This document shows, piece after piece, positions 53,488 to 64,000 of a DNA stretch of 64,000 nt; within the stretch, counting starts at the first letter, position 1, and each line of letters starts with the position of its first letter. Source of the DNA: an uncultured Marinovum sp. (lineage in GTDB: Bacteria > Pseudomonadota > Alphaproteobacteria > Rhodobacterales > Rhodobacteraceae); the NCBI GenBank assembly GCA_964390655.1, contig CAYMIR010000001.1:302-64301 (forward strand), given 5' to 3'. The translations under genes were made by a program, and so were the position numbers. The notes below the pieces were generated by a model. It did not search any database. It worked only from the letters and a program-made list of their open reading frames with translations, and had not been told where the DNA came from.

Positions 53488-54681
53488 TTAACCTTTCACA
53501 GCTTTAACGATTTTTTCTGCCCCATCTTTAAGATCGTTCGCAGCAATAACATCAAGTCCAGAATTATTAATGATGTCTTTTCCCTTTTCAACGTTTGTGC
53601 CTTCCAGGCGAACGACTAAAGGAACTTGGAGACCAACCTCTTTGACAGCTGCAACTACTCCCTCAGCGATTACATCACATCGCATTATTCCTCCAAAAAT
53701 ATTGACTAATATTCCTTTAACTTTTGGGTCTGATGTAATTATTTTGAAAGCTTCCGTGACTTTCTCTTTTGTAGCGCCACCTCCAACATCCAAAAAATTT
53801 GCGGGCTCTGCGCCGTATAGTTTAATGATATCCATCGTTGCCATTGCAAGTCCGGCACCATTAACCATACAACCAATTTCGCCATCCAGTGCAATATAAT
53901 TTAGATCGTATTTGCTGGCTTCTAATTCTTTGGGATCTTCTTCTGTGGTATCCCTTAAGTCAGCAATGTCTTGGTGTCTGTAGATTGCATTACTATCAAA
54001 TCCCACCTTCGCATCTAACACAGAGAGATTGCCGTTTTTAGTTATGATCAAGGGGTTGATTTCCAGCATTTCCATATCCTTTTCTATGAAGGCTTTGAAA
54101 AGTTGTCCCATGAGTTTTATACATTCTTTAACTTGCGAATTCTCAAGTCCCAGAGCAAAGGCAATTTTTCTACCATGGAAAGCCTGATACCCAGTTGCTG
54201 GATCTACCGAAAAAGATAGGATTTTTTCAGGGTTACTAGCCGCGACATCCTCAATATCCATCCCACCTTCTGTCGAGCACACAAAAGATATTCTAGATGT
54301 TACTCTGTCAACTAAAAGAGCAAGATATAACTCACTCTCAATTTCGGCCCCTTGTTCAATATAAACCCGATTTACTTGTTTCCCAGCAGGACCTGTTTGA
54401 TGTGTTACAAGCGTGCGGCCAAGCATTTTTTTTGCTTCTTCCGCTGCCTGTTCTACAGTTTCAGCAATTCTGACCCCACCACTTTCTCCGGCATCTTTTT
54501 CTCTAAAAGTACCTTTGCCACGCCCACCAGCGTGAATCTGAGCTTTGACAACCCACACTGGGCCATCAAGTTCTCCGGCAGCAGTTTTTGCATCTTCAGA
54601 TTTAACTACAATACGACCGTCCGCAACAGGCGCCCCATAATTACGGAGCAAGCCTTTGGCTTGATATTCATGAATGTTCAT
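53488..54681 (-). CDS. sucC: Succinyl-CoA ligase beta subunit
   Basis: [34 protein letters not shown]. Confidence 0.98.
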   Translation of the reverse strand: MNIHEYQAKGLLRNYGAPVADGRIVVKSEDAKTAAGELDGPVWVVKAQIHAGGRGKGTFREKDAGESGGVRIAETVEQAAEEAKKMLGRTLVTHQTGPAGKQVNRVYIEQGAEIESELYLALLVDRVTSRISFVCSTEGGMDIEDVAASNPEKILSFSVDPATGYQAFHGRKIAFALGLENSQVKECIKLMGQLFKAFIEKDMEMLEINPLIITKNGNLSVLDAKVGFDSNAIYRHQDIADLRDTTEEDPKELEASKYDLNYIALDGEIGCMVNGAGLAMATMDIIKLYGAEPANFLDVGGGATKEKVTEAFKIITSDPKVKGILVNIFGGIMRCDVIAEGVVAAVKEVGLQVPLVVRLEGTNVEKGKDIINNSGLDVIAANDLKDGAEKIVKAVKG

Positions 54682-54780
54682 TATGTAACCTTGTGTTGGT
54701 GGCTAATTAAATCATGACATATGGTTTCAAATGTTCAGAATAAATTTATGAAAAAGTATGATTAATCTAATAAATAAGTA

Positions 54781-54819
54781 ATTTTGTGATCACATAAAAA
54801 AAATTAGTGATCACAAAAT
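54781..54819. promoter_or_regulatory. 13-bp inverted repeat built of two GTGATCAC palindromes upstream of sucC
   Basis: ATTTTGTGATCAC-N13-GTGATCACAAAAT. Confidence 0.6.
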
Positions 54820-54902
54820 AACGTATCTAATGTTTTTTAGATCAAATATTTTTAATCTAGCAATTAAAAAAGCATTAATAATATGATTGATTATGTATGT
54901 GC

Positions 54903-55877
<975 letters not shown>

Positions 55878-56025
55878 TTAAATTTACTTCTGATTTGGGT
55901 GCTAATGTCTTATTTTCAATTCTGCAAGCCCGCCATCACAATCAACAAATAAAAAAAACAGTCTTTATATTCATATCGGATTATTTACGTATGAAATCAT
56001 ATCTTATTAATGTAATTCGTAAAGC

Positions 56026-56778
56026 ATGTACTTAAACCTGGAATTTATACTGATTGCCGCTTTTGCAACTGTTTTTGCAGGCATAAGCAAGGGGGGCTTT
56101 GGATCCGGTGCTGCATTTGCTTCAGCTGCAATTCTAGCAACAATCATTGAACCAGGAAGTGCTATTGGAATAATGCTACCACTCCTCATATTAATGGACC
56201 TTGGAAGTTTGAAGCCGTATTGGAAGAAATGGTTATCACGAGAATCTTGGATACTTGTTGTGGGGAGTATTCCCGGAGTAATCTTAGGTGCTGTACTTTA
56301 TTCTAATGTCAGCGCTGATTTTTTCAGGTTCTTAATTGGAATTATTTGTTTGGCATTTGTTTTATGGCAAGCTTTGCAAAAGTGGAATATTATCCAAAAG
56401 TCAATTCGACCTATTTCAGATTTTTATGGGTTTTTTCTAGGTTGTTTTGCTGGTTTTACGAGCTTTATTAGTCACGCAGGAGGTCCACCAGCGGCAATTT
56501 ACCTTTTATCTAAAAAATCGACTAAGACTGAGTATCAGGCAACAACAGTTATTGTCTTTTGGGCAGTGAATTTGGCTAAGGCAGTGCCGTATACCTTTTT
56601 AGGTTTATTTACACTTGAAACCCTTTTTCTAGATCTTATTTTGTCGCCTTTTGCTCTGTTGGGTGTTTGGATTGGTGTAAAAGCACATTATATGATTTCT
56701 GAACGATTATTCTTTTCTTTCACATATATCCTTTTGACGATAACTGGCGCTAGGCTCATATGGGTAGCGCTCGCTTAG
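56026..56778 (+). CDS. TauE/SafE-family membrane protein
   Basis: GISKGGFGSG, SFISHAGGPP, about 8 hydrophobic segments. Confidence 0.88.
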   Translation: MYLNLEFILIAAFATVFAGISKGGFGSGAAFASAAILATIIEPGSAIGIMLPLLILMDLGSLKPYWKKWLSRESWILVVGSIPGVILGAVLYSNVSADFFRFLIGIICLAFVLWQALQKWNIIQKSIRPISDFYGFFLGCFAGFTSFISHAGGPPAAIYLLSKKSTKTEYQATTVIVFWAVNLAKAVPYTFLGLFTLETLFLDLILSPFALLGVWIGVKAHYMISERLFFSFTYILLTITGARLIWVALA

Positions 56779-56958
56779 TAAATCATCTGCTAATTAGGTG
56801 CCGAGATTAAGACACTAGGAGCAATATTTTTCTGCAATTTTTATGCAGCTATTTGAATTAAGTTTAATTTTTTGGAAGTTGAAGTTAAAACGCACTAGTA
56901 ATACGAAAATTTTGATCTATTAATTACTTAATCACGACGTGAGCTAAGGGTGTTTTAG

Positions 56959-57345
56959 ATGGCTAATAGAGATCAGGGCAACAGACCTCTCTCACCACAT
57001 TTGACTATTTATAGACCTCAATTAACGTCTATCACGTCAATTTTGATACGCATTACGGGCAATGCAATTATTGTGAGTGTTTTGCTTATTGTGTGGTGGC
57101 TTTTTGCAGCGGCAACTTCTGTTCGGTACTTCCAAGTTGCTGACGCAATCATGAATAGTTGGTTTGGCAAACTGGTTTTAATATCCTCGCTATGGGCAGT
57201 TTGGTACCACCTTCTTGGAGGCGTTAGGCATTTAATTTGGGATAGGGCAATTGGGTTGGATTTGAAGACAGCAGAATATCTGGGCTGGTCAGTAGTTGTA
57301 GGTTCCTTTGTATTCACAATTGTAACAATAGCTATTTTGTGGTGA
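56959..57345 (+). CDS. sdhC: Succinate dehydrogenase cytochrome b556 subunit
   Basis: RPLSPHLTIYR, YHLLGGVRHLIWD. Confidence 0.95.
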   Translation: MANRDQGNRPLSPHLTIYRPQLTSITSILIRITGNAIIVSVLLIVWWLFAAATSVRYFQVADAIMNSWFGKLVLISSLWAVWYHLLGGVRHLIWDRAIGLDLKTAEYLGWSVVVGSFVFTIVTIAILW

Positions 57346-57366
57346 CATGCAGGAGTTAAATTAAGA

Positions 57367-57702
57367 GTGAGTTATTCAAAGTCATTAATAAATCATCACT
57401 TTGAGATGAAAATAACTTCTATTGCGTTATTCTTTTTGATCCCTTTATTCATTTTCACGTTCGGATCAGTAGTTGGCGAAGACCACGATACGGTTGTCGA
57501 GTATTTATCGACGCCTTTTCCTGCGCTGATTGTCGCACTTACGCTAATAATTGGGTTGCAGCATTTCCAATCGGGTGCTCAAACTCTAATTGAAGACTAT
57601 ATTCGCGGCATCGGATATACAGTTGCTTTGATCTTCGTAAAAGTTCTCAGCTACTTTCTGATGGCTGTGGGGCTATATTCAATTGGAAAAATAGCACTTT
57701 AA
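57367..57702 (+). CDS. sdhD: Succinate dehydrogenase membrane anchor
   Basis: Three TMs, heme-ligand His (LQHF), IEDY, position between sdhC and sdhA. Confidence 0.9.
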   Translation: MSYSKSLINHHFEMKITSIALFFLIPLFIFTFGSVVGEDHDTVVEYLSTPFPALIVALTLIIGLQHFQSGAQTLIEDYIRGIGYTVALIFVKVLSYFLMAVGLYSIGKIAL

Positions 57703-57712
57703 GGGTGAATCG

Positions 57713-59518
57713 ATGTTAGCTTATTCCTATGAAACGCACGACTATGATGTAGTTGTTGTTGGCGCTGGTGGTGCTGGCTTGCGGGCGACCTTAGGTATGG
57801 CAGAACAAGGCTTAAAGACGGCCTGTGTTACAAAAGTTTTCCCAACTAGGTCTCATACCGTAGCGGCTCAGGGAGGAATTGCTGCTTCATTGTCAAATAT
57901 GGGACCGGATCATTGGCAGTGGCATATGTATGATACGGTAAAGGGTTCAGATTGGCTGGGTGACACTGATGCAATGGAGTATCTCGCTCGAGAAGCTCCT
58001 AAGGCTGTTTATGAACTAGAACATTATGGGGTACCATTTAGCCGTACTGAGGAAGGCAAAATATACCAACGACCATTTGGCGGCCATACAACTGAGTTTG
58101 GAGAAGGCCCGCCTGTTCAAAGAACATGCGCTGCCGCAGATAGAACTGGCCACGCAATTTTACACACGCTTTATGGTCAGTCTCTTAAAAATGAGGCAGA
58201 ATTCTACATAGAGTATTTCGCGTTAGATCTGATGTTTTCCGACGATGGCATTTGTACTGGGGTAGTTTGTTGGAAACTTGATGATGGGACAATACACGTC
58301 TTTAACGCTAAAATGGTGGTTCTTGCGACAGGAGGTTATGGCAGGGCCTATTTTAGTGCTACTTCCGCACATACCTGTACTGGCGACGGTGGAGGCATGG
58401 TGGCTCGCGCAGGTCTTCCCCTTCAAGATATGGAATTTGTTCAATTTCATCCAACAGGAATTTATGGTTCAGGCTGTTTAATAACTGAGGGAGCAAGAGG
58501 TGAAGGCGGATATCTTACCAATTCAGAGGGAGAGCGTTTTATGGAGCGTTATGCTCCTCACTATAAAGATTTAGCGCCGAGGGATTATGTATCACGCTGT
58601 ATGACAATGGAAATTAGAGAGGGCAGAGGCGTTGGACGGGATAGTGATCACATTCATCTAAACCTAAGCCACCTTCCTCCAGAAGCACTAGCCGAGCGAC
58701 TTCCTGGTATTTCAGAAAGTGCAAAAATCTTCGCCGGCGTAGATGTTACTAAACAACCTATACCAGTTTTACCAACCGTTCACTATAATATGGGTGGTAT
58801 TCCTACTAATTACTGGGGCGAAGTTATAAATCCAACGGCAGAAGATCAAAATTCAGTTGTACCCGGTTTAATGGCTGTCGGTGAGGCTGGTTGCGCTTCG
58901 GTTCATGGTGCGAACAGGTTGGGGTCTAATTCACTTATTGATCTTGTTGTTTTTGGGCGTGCAGCTGGGTTGAGGGCTGGTGAAATTGTGGATCCAAACA
59001 GTCATATTCCACCAACTAATGTTTTTGCGGTTGAATCTACACTAGACCGTTTTGATCAATTAAGGCATGCAAAAGGCTCTGTAGCTACATCTGAGTTAAG
59101 ACTTGAGATGCAGAAAACAATGCAAAGGGATGCAGCAGTGTTTAGGACTTCAGAGACAATGTCTCATGGGTTAAGTGAGATGGTAAGTTTGGCAGAAAAA
59201 ATATCTGATCTGAGCGTCACTGACCGTTCATTAGTATGGAATAGTGACTTGATGGAAACACTAGAATTAACAAATCTAATGCCAAATGCTTTAGCTACAA
59301 TTGCTGGAGCTGAAGCCCGTGAAGAAAGTCGTGGGGCACATGCACATGAAGATTTTACAGTGAGAGATGATGAAAAGTGGAGGGTACACTCTTTGGCTAA
59401 AATAGATGGGTCCAACATTGAATTATCATACAGAGATGTGATACGTGATCCACTGTCAGATGAGTCAGAGGGTGGTATCGAACTGAAAAAGATTGCACCT
59501 AAAGAACGAACTTTTTAA
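57713..59518 (+). CDS. sdhA: Succinate dehydrogenase flavoprotein
   Basis: [32 protein letters not shown]. Confidence 0.98.
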   Translation: MLAYSYETHDYDVVVVGAGGAGLRATLGMAEQGLKTACVTKVFPTRSHTVAAQGGIAASLSNMGPDHWQWHMYDTVKGSDWLGDTDAMEYLAREAPKAVYELEHYGVPFSRTEEGKIYQRPFGGHTTEFGEGPPVQRTCAAADRTGHAILHTLYGQSLKNEAEFYIEYFALDLMFSDDGICTGVVCWKLDDGTIHVFNAKMVVLATGGYGRAYFSATSAHTCTGDGGGMVARAGLPLQDMEFVQFHPTGIYGSGCLITEGARGEGGYLTNSEGERFMERYAPHYKDLAPRDYVSRCMTMEIREGRGVGRDSDHIHLNLSHLPPEALAERLPGISESAKIFAGVDVTKQPIPVLPTVHYNMGGIPTNYWGEVINPTAEDQNSVVPGLMAVGEAGCASVHGANRLGSNSLIDLVVFGRAAGLRAGEIVDPNSHIPPTNVFAVESTLDRFDQLRHAKGSVATSELRLEMQKTMQRDAAVFRTSETMSHGLSEMVSLAEKISDLSVTDRSLVWNSDLMETLELTNLMPNALATIAGAEAREESRGAHAHEDFTVRDDEKWRVHSLAKIDGSNIELSYRDVIRDPLSDESEGGIELKKIAPKERTF

Positions 59519-59596
59519 ATTTGCATATGAGGGCATCAATATAAAGATGCAAAAAGGGATTATTAATTTGATTTTCTACCAGCATGGAGTTGGACT

Positions 59597-60376
59597 ATGG
59601 TCCAGTTGAGATTACCAAAAAATTCTAGGGTGTTGACAGGCAAGACCTGGCCAAAACCGGAAGGTGCATCTAATATTCGCAAGTTTAAAATCTATCGCTG
59701 GTCACCTGACGATGGCGAAAATCCGCGTGTTGATACATATTTTGTTGATCTGGATACATGCGGCCCAATGATACTCGATGCTCTGATAAAGATTAAAAGT
59801 GAGATCGATCCTACTTTGACATTTAGACGTTCCTGTCGCGAGGGTATCTGTGGGTCTTGTGCTATGAATATTGATGGTATCAACACCTTGGCATGTATCT
59901 ATGGACTTGACGAAGTTAAGGGTGACGTAAACATTTATCCATTGCCTCATATGCCAGTTATTAAAGATTTAATTCCTGATCTAACAAATTTTTATGCGCA
60001 ACATGCTTCTATTATGCCTTGGTTAGAAACAAAAACAAATAGGCCGGCTCAGGAGTGGAAGCAGTCTATAGAAGATAGAAAAAAGTTGGACGGACTTTAC
60101 GAATGCGTGATGTGTGCTTCATGCTCAACATCGTGCCCCTCTTATTGGTGGAATAGTGATAGATATCTAGGCCCAGCAGCGCTTTTACATGCTTATCGCT
60201 GGATTATCGACAGTAGAGACCAAGCAACTGGTGAGAGACTTGAAGACTTAGAAGATCCTTTCAAGTTATATCGTTGCCACACTATAATGAACTGTGCAAA
60301 AACTTGCCCAAAAGGCCTAAACCCAGCATTGGCAATAGCTGAAGTTAAAAAGTTAATGGTAGAAAAAACAAATTAA
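59597..60376 (+). CDS. sdhB: Succinate dehydrogenase Fe-S subunit
   Basis: [34 protein letters not shown]. Confidence 0.98.
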   Translation: MVQLRLPKNSRVLTGKTWPKPEGASNIRKFKIYRWSPDDGENPRVDTYFVDLDTCGPMILDALIKIKSEIDPTLTFRRSCREGICGSCAMNIDGINTLACIYGLDEVKGDVNIYPLPHMPVIKDLIPDLTNFYAQHASIMPWLETKTNRPAQEWKQSIEDRKKLDGLYECVMCASCSTSCPSYWWNSDRYLGPAALLHAYRWIIDSRDQATGERLEDLEDPFKLYRCHTIMNCAKTCPKGLNPALAIAEVKKLMVEKTN

Positions 60377-60396
60377 GTTCTCTTAATTCCTTAATA

Positions 60397-61104
60397 TCAA
60401 AGAGAAGTTGCCGCCTCGAGTGCTATTTCTACCATATCGCCAAATGAATTCTGCCGATCTTCTGGTGAAAGTGCCTCGCCTGTTTGCAAGTGATCCGATA
60501 CTGTCAAAACAGCTAAAGCTCTGCACCCCCGTCTAGCGGCTAAATTATAAAGTTCAGCGGCTTCCATTTCTACTCCCAAGATCCCATGCCGAACCATTTG
60601 CTCATTAAGATCTGGTCTCTCGTCATAAAAAACATCAGAGGAATAAATGCCTCCTATATGTGTTTTACTTTTTTTCTTTTTTGATGCTTCCGCTGCAGCC
60701 GAAAGTAAATCAAAGTCAGCACATGGAGCAAAGTTTAATTCGCGAAAAATTCCAGAGGAAGGCGTTTGTATGGATGATGCCGTCTGAGCTAAAATTATAT
60801 CGCGAATTTTTACGTGTTCTTGCATTCCCCCGCAAGAACCTATTCTTATTAGGGTTTTAGCATCATATTCTCGTATAAGTTCATTTACGTATATGGAAAG
60901 AGATGGCATGCCCATTCCGGAACCGTGAATGGTGATTTCGGTATCTTTATATTGCCCTGTAAACCCTAGCATTCCTCTCACTTGATTAATCAATCTGGGC
61001 CTGGTTAAAAAATTCTCTGCAGCCCATTTGGCGCGATACGGATCACCTGGCATCAATACTATTTCTGCTATATCTTCTTTAGAAGCATTTATATGAGGTG
61101 TCAT
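60397..61104 (-). CDS. deoD: Purine nucleoside phosphorylase
   Basis: MTPHI, PGDPYRA, GMGMPS, RIGSCG, VEMEAA, VSDH. Confidence 0.96.
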   Translation of the reverse strand: MTPHINASKEDIAEIVLMPGDPYRAKWAAENFLTRPRLINQVRGMLGFTGQYKDTEITIHGSGMGMPSLSIYVNELIREYDAKTLIRIGSCGGMQEHVKIRDIILAQTASSIQTPSSGIFRELNFAPCADFDLLSAAAEASKKKKSKTHIGGIYSSDVFYDERPDLNEQMVRHGILGVEMEAAELYNLAARRGCRALAVLTVSDHLQTGEALSPEDRQNSFGDMVEIALEAATSL

Positions 61105-61547
61105 AATTTGTTCCTTCGTTCATAATGTATAAATGGCGTTAAATCTGCCAGTCGATCGTAAAGTTTTCGTGCTGGCACATTAAACTCCTGCGTCAGCCAA
61201 TAGACAGACGGAGCCCCATATTTATCAGCTCTTTCATATACGGATTCTATCAAGAGTTGACCTATTTTTTTGCCTCGACTTTGAGGGATGACAAATAAAT
61301 CTTGTAAATAGCAAACTTCTTGAATTTCCCAAGTATCAAGATGAAAAACATAATGCACTAAACCAATTAGATCGCCTTTATTTTCAGCAACTAGTGCATT
61401 CTGCCTGACTTGATTATTATCAATAAATCTTCTGAAGGTTTCGTCTATAACTTCGGCCTTCAAAGAGGTTTCATAAAAATTTAAATAAGAAACCCACAGC
61501 ATTCGCCACTTTTCGTAATCGGCTTTAGCTAAGGGACGTATTTTCAT
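61101..61547 (-). CDS. GNAT acetyltransferase
   Basis: YLQDLFV...[14 protein letters not shown]. Confidence 0.9.
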   Translation of the reverse strand: MKIRPLAKADYEKWRMLWVSYLNFYETSLKAEVIDETFRRFIDNNQVRQNALVAENKGDLIGLVHYVFHLDTWEIQEVCYLQDLFVIPQSRGKKIGQLLIESVYERADKYGAPSVYWLTQEFNVPARKLYDRLADLTPFIHYERRNKL

Positions 61548-61646
61548 TTTGAACAGCTTAAACTTATTTCATCTGAACTATTTTATTTCATTTCGGCTAT
61601 TATTTTTCAATCAGCTTTTAAAACAATTTCTTCCGATAAATATTTA

Positions 61647-63611
61647 TTACTCCGCAGCAAGTTCTTTTGGTTCAGCTAAATTTACTATATCCATCATTAT
61701 GGTGTTCATTTCAAAATCTTTGGGCGTATAGACTTTCGAAATTCCCATCTCTAACAACTTTATTTTGTCTTCTTCTGGAATGATACCGCCAACAATAATT
61801 GGAATTTTTGTCAACCCTTCCTCTGCTAAGAGATTGATCATATCCTGAACTAGTGGAATGTGGCTTCCGGATAATATGGAAAGGCCAACTACGTGAGCTT
61901 TTGTGGATTTGACGTTTTCCACAAGCTCCTGTGGGGTCAAACGGATCCCTTGATATTCGATTTTCATTCCACAGTCACGAGCTCTGGATGCTATTTGTTC
62001 AGCACCATTTGAGTGTCCATCTAGACCTGGTTTGCCCATTAAAAATTTTAATCTCTCACCTAACTTATCGCTAACAGCATCAACGGCACTGCGAAGCTCG
62101 TCTAAGCCATCTGTCTTATTTGATATACCCGTTGCTACTCCAGTTGGACCACGATACTCGCCATAGATATCTCTCATTTCTTGCGCCCATTCGCCTGTGG
62201 TGGCCCCAGCTTTGGCCGCCTCAATACTATGAGGCATAATATTTTTTCCATTTAGTGCCGCTTGCCTTAAGCTGAGTAACGCTTTGTTCACCAATTTTTC
62301 ATTCCGGTTGCTTCGCCATAGGTTAAGACGATCAATTTGATCCTTCTCAACTGCCGGATCGACAATCATTATTCCACCGTCACCTGAAACCAGTGGCGAC
62401 GTCTCAGTTTTTGTGAACTTGTTAACACCAACCACTGTCGTCACATTTCTTTCAATATTTTGTAATCGATCGGTATTACTTTCCACTAACCGTGACTTCA
62501 TATATTCTATCGCGTTTAAGGCGCCACCCTGCGTCTCTATCGTATGAAGCTCGTAACGTGCGCTTTCCTTTAAAGACTCTACTTTTGCTTCCACGACTTG
62601 GTTGCCATCAAATAAATCTTCGTATTCTAACAGATCTGTTTCAAATGCCATGATCTGTTGCATTCTCATAGACCACTGTTGGTCCCAAGGCCTTGGAAGA
62701 CCTAAGGCTTCATTCCAGGCAGGAAGCTGAACTGCTCTTGCTCTTGCCTTTTTTGATAATGTGACCGCAAGCATTTCGACTAAAATGCGGTAAACATTAT
62801 TTTCTGGTTGTTGCTCAGTTAAACCTAAGCTGTTTACTTGAACACCATATCGGAAGCGCCTAAACTTTGGATCTTCAACGCCATATCGTTCTATTAAAAT
62901 CTCATCCCATAGATCAACGAATGCTCTCATTTTGCACATCTCTGTGACAAATCTGATGCCGGCATTTACAAAAAATGACAACCTGCCACACAATTCTGGA
63001 AATTCGTTTTTAGGAACTCGGCTTTTTAGCTCGTCTAAAACTGATATTGCAGTTGCGAGCGCATAAGCTAACTCTTGCTCAGGTGTCGCGCCTGCTTCTT
63101 GCAAATGGTATGAGCAAATGTTCATTGGGTTCCATTTTGGAATGCTATTGAAGCAATATTCTGCTACATCTCCAATTAATTTCATCGATGGCTTGGGTGG
63201 GCAAATATATGTTCCTCGGCTCAAATATTCTTTTACAAGATCATTTTGAACAGTACCTTTTAGTTTAGATATGTCAGCTCCTTGTTCCTCGGCTACGGCC
63301 ACGTAAAGTGCCAACAACCATGGAGCGGTCGCATTAATAGTCATGGAGGTGTTCATGTCCTCTAATGGTATCTGATCGAAAAGCGTTCTCATGTCCCCTA
63401 GGTGGCTAATAGGCACTCCAACTTTTCCAACTTCTCCTCGCGCCAATATGTGGTCACTGTCATATCCGGTTTGAGTTGGAAGATCGAACGCAACGGAAAG
63501 ACCGGTTTGTCCTTTATCTAGGTTTGAACGATACAGTTTGTTTGAGGCTTTTGCTGTGGAGTGCCCAGCATATGTTCTTATTAACCAAGGCCTATCTTTT
63601 TCTTTATTCAC
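61647..63611 (-). CDS. ecm: Ethylmalonyl-CoA mutase (MeaA), B12-dependent
   Basis: PWLIRTYAGHS (Ecm-type His), GLSVAFDLPTQ, KPGLDGHSNGA B12 motif. Divergent from ccr. Confidence 0.93.
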   Translation of the reverse strand: MNKEKDRPWLIRTYAGHSTAKASNKLYRSNLDKGQTGLSVAFDLPTQTGYDSDHILARGEVGKVGVPISHLGDMRTLFDQIPLEDMNTSMTINATAPWLLALYVAVAEEQGADISKLKGTVQNDLVKEYLSRGTYICPPKPSMKLIGDVAEYCFNSIPKWNPMNICSYHLQEAGATPEQELAYALATAISVLDELKSRVPKNEFPELCGRLSFFVNAGIRFVTEMCKMRAFVDLWDEILIERYGVEDPKFRRFRYGVQVNSLGLTEQQPENNVYRILVEMLAVTLSKKARARAVQLPAWNEALGLPRPWDQQWSMRMQQIMAFETDLLEYEDLFDGNQVVEAKVESLKESARYELHTIETQGGALNAIEYMKSRLVESNTDRLQNIERNVTTVVGVNKFTKTETSPLVSGDGGIMIVDPAVEKDQIDRLNLWRSNRNEKLVNKALLSLRQAALNGKNIMPHSIEAAKAGATTGEWAQEMRDIYGEYRGPTGVATGISNKTDGLDELRSAVDAVSDKLGERLKFLMGKPGLDGHSNGAEQIASRARDCGMKIEYQGIRLTPQELVENVKSTKAHVVGLSILSGSHIPLVQDMINLLAEEGLTKIPIIVGGIIPEEDKIKLLEMGISKVYTPKDFEMNTIMMDIVNLAEPKELAAE

Positions 63612-63905
63612 AACTGATTTTTCCCGGATAATAATATTTCATTTAATTCCATCTTTATTTAGAAAATTTAAAAAAAAGTCAATTTTCTGCGCTAGTAAGC
63701 GGTAAAACAATCATTTTTTTAGAGCTTGCGGCTTTTGGTTTTCAAAAATAAAAGTATATAAAACAGTTAGTTATAAAAATAATATTTTACCTTTGAAATA
63801 AAATTGCTAATTATAGTGAAAATAGGTTGTAAAATTACTTATAAAATTATAGTGATCTTGCTGCGAAACAATATTTCGCGATGATTCAAATTGATGGAGG
63901 AAAAA

Positions 63906-64000
63906 ATGGCTTTAGATGCAAACGATTCTTTACTTCGCTATGATGCACCTGAAAAAGATCTTTATGAAATAGGAGAGATCCCTCCTATAGGCTTTGTTCC
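63906..64000 (+). CDS. ccrA: Crotonyl-CoA carboxylase/reductase, N-terminus (runs off window end)
   Basis: Not in ORF track. MALDANDSLLRYDAPEKDLYEIGEIPPIGFV matches the recalled Ccr N-terminus. GGAGG at 63896-63900. Confidence 0.88.
   Translation, partial: MALDANDSLLRYDAPEKDLYEIGEIPPIGFV

Noticed and set aside
59520-59553. GCATC-N8-GATGC / TTTGCAT...ATGCAAA repeat between sdhA and sdhB
   Set aside because: Short, weak arms; cannot be distinguished from chance
61549-61731. 60-aa ORF and TTATTTCAT direct repeat (61564, 61583)
   Set aside because: Low-complexity AT-rich spacer; the ORF is antisense to the ecm end

Overview
AT-rich, gene-dense core chromosome of a marine Rhodobacteraceae (roseobacter-type, apparently streamlined) alphaproteobacterium; the taxonomy is inferred from protein sequences and gene order. 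Contents in order: a beta-oxidation cluster with two LiuR-like MerR regulators, MATE, pyrD, glyA, NAD kinase, prpE, a pyrrolysine-free MttB-family methyltransferase, a small-protein islet next to tRNA-Glu, recJ-glpX-hom, gcrA, pcs, xerC, transaldolase, priA, prmA, ruvCAB, the Tol-Pal operon, tilS, ftsH, mdh-sucCDAB-lpd, sdhCDAB, deoD, and the divergent ethylmalonyl-CoA pathway pair ecm/ccr. I saw no mobile elements, CRISPR arrays, rRNA or defence systems, and no large novel system can be supported. The best leads are an unannotated 34-aa CxxC-x11-CPxC zinc-ribbon microprotein (20482-20586) between DUF4389- and DUF1127-like genes, several crisp operator-like palindromes, and the apparent absence of mcl2/mch from their usual slot before sdhC. 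All annotations come from motif recognition and recall, with no database searches.
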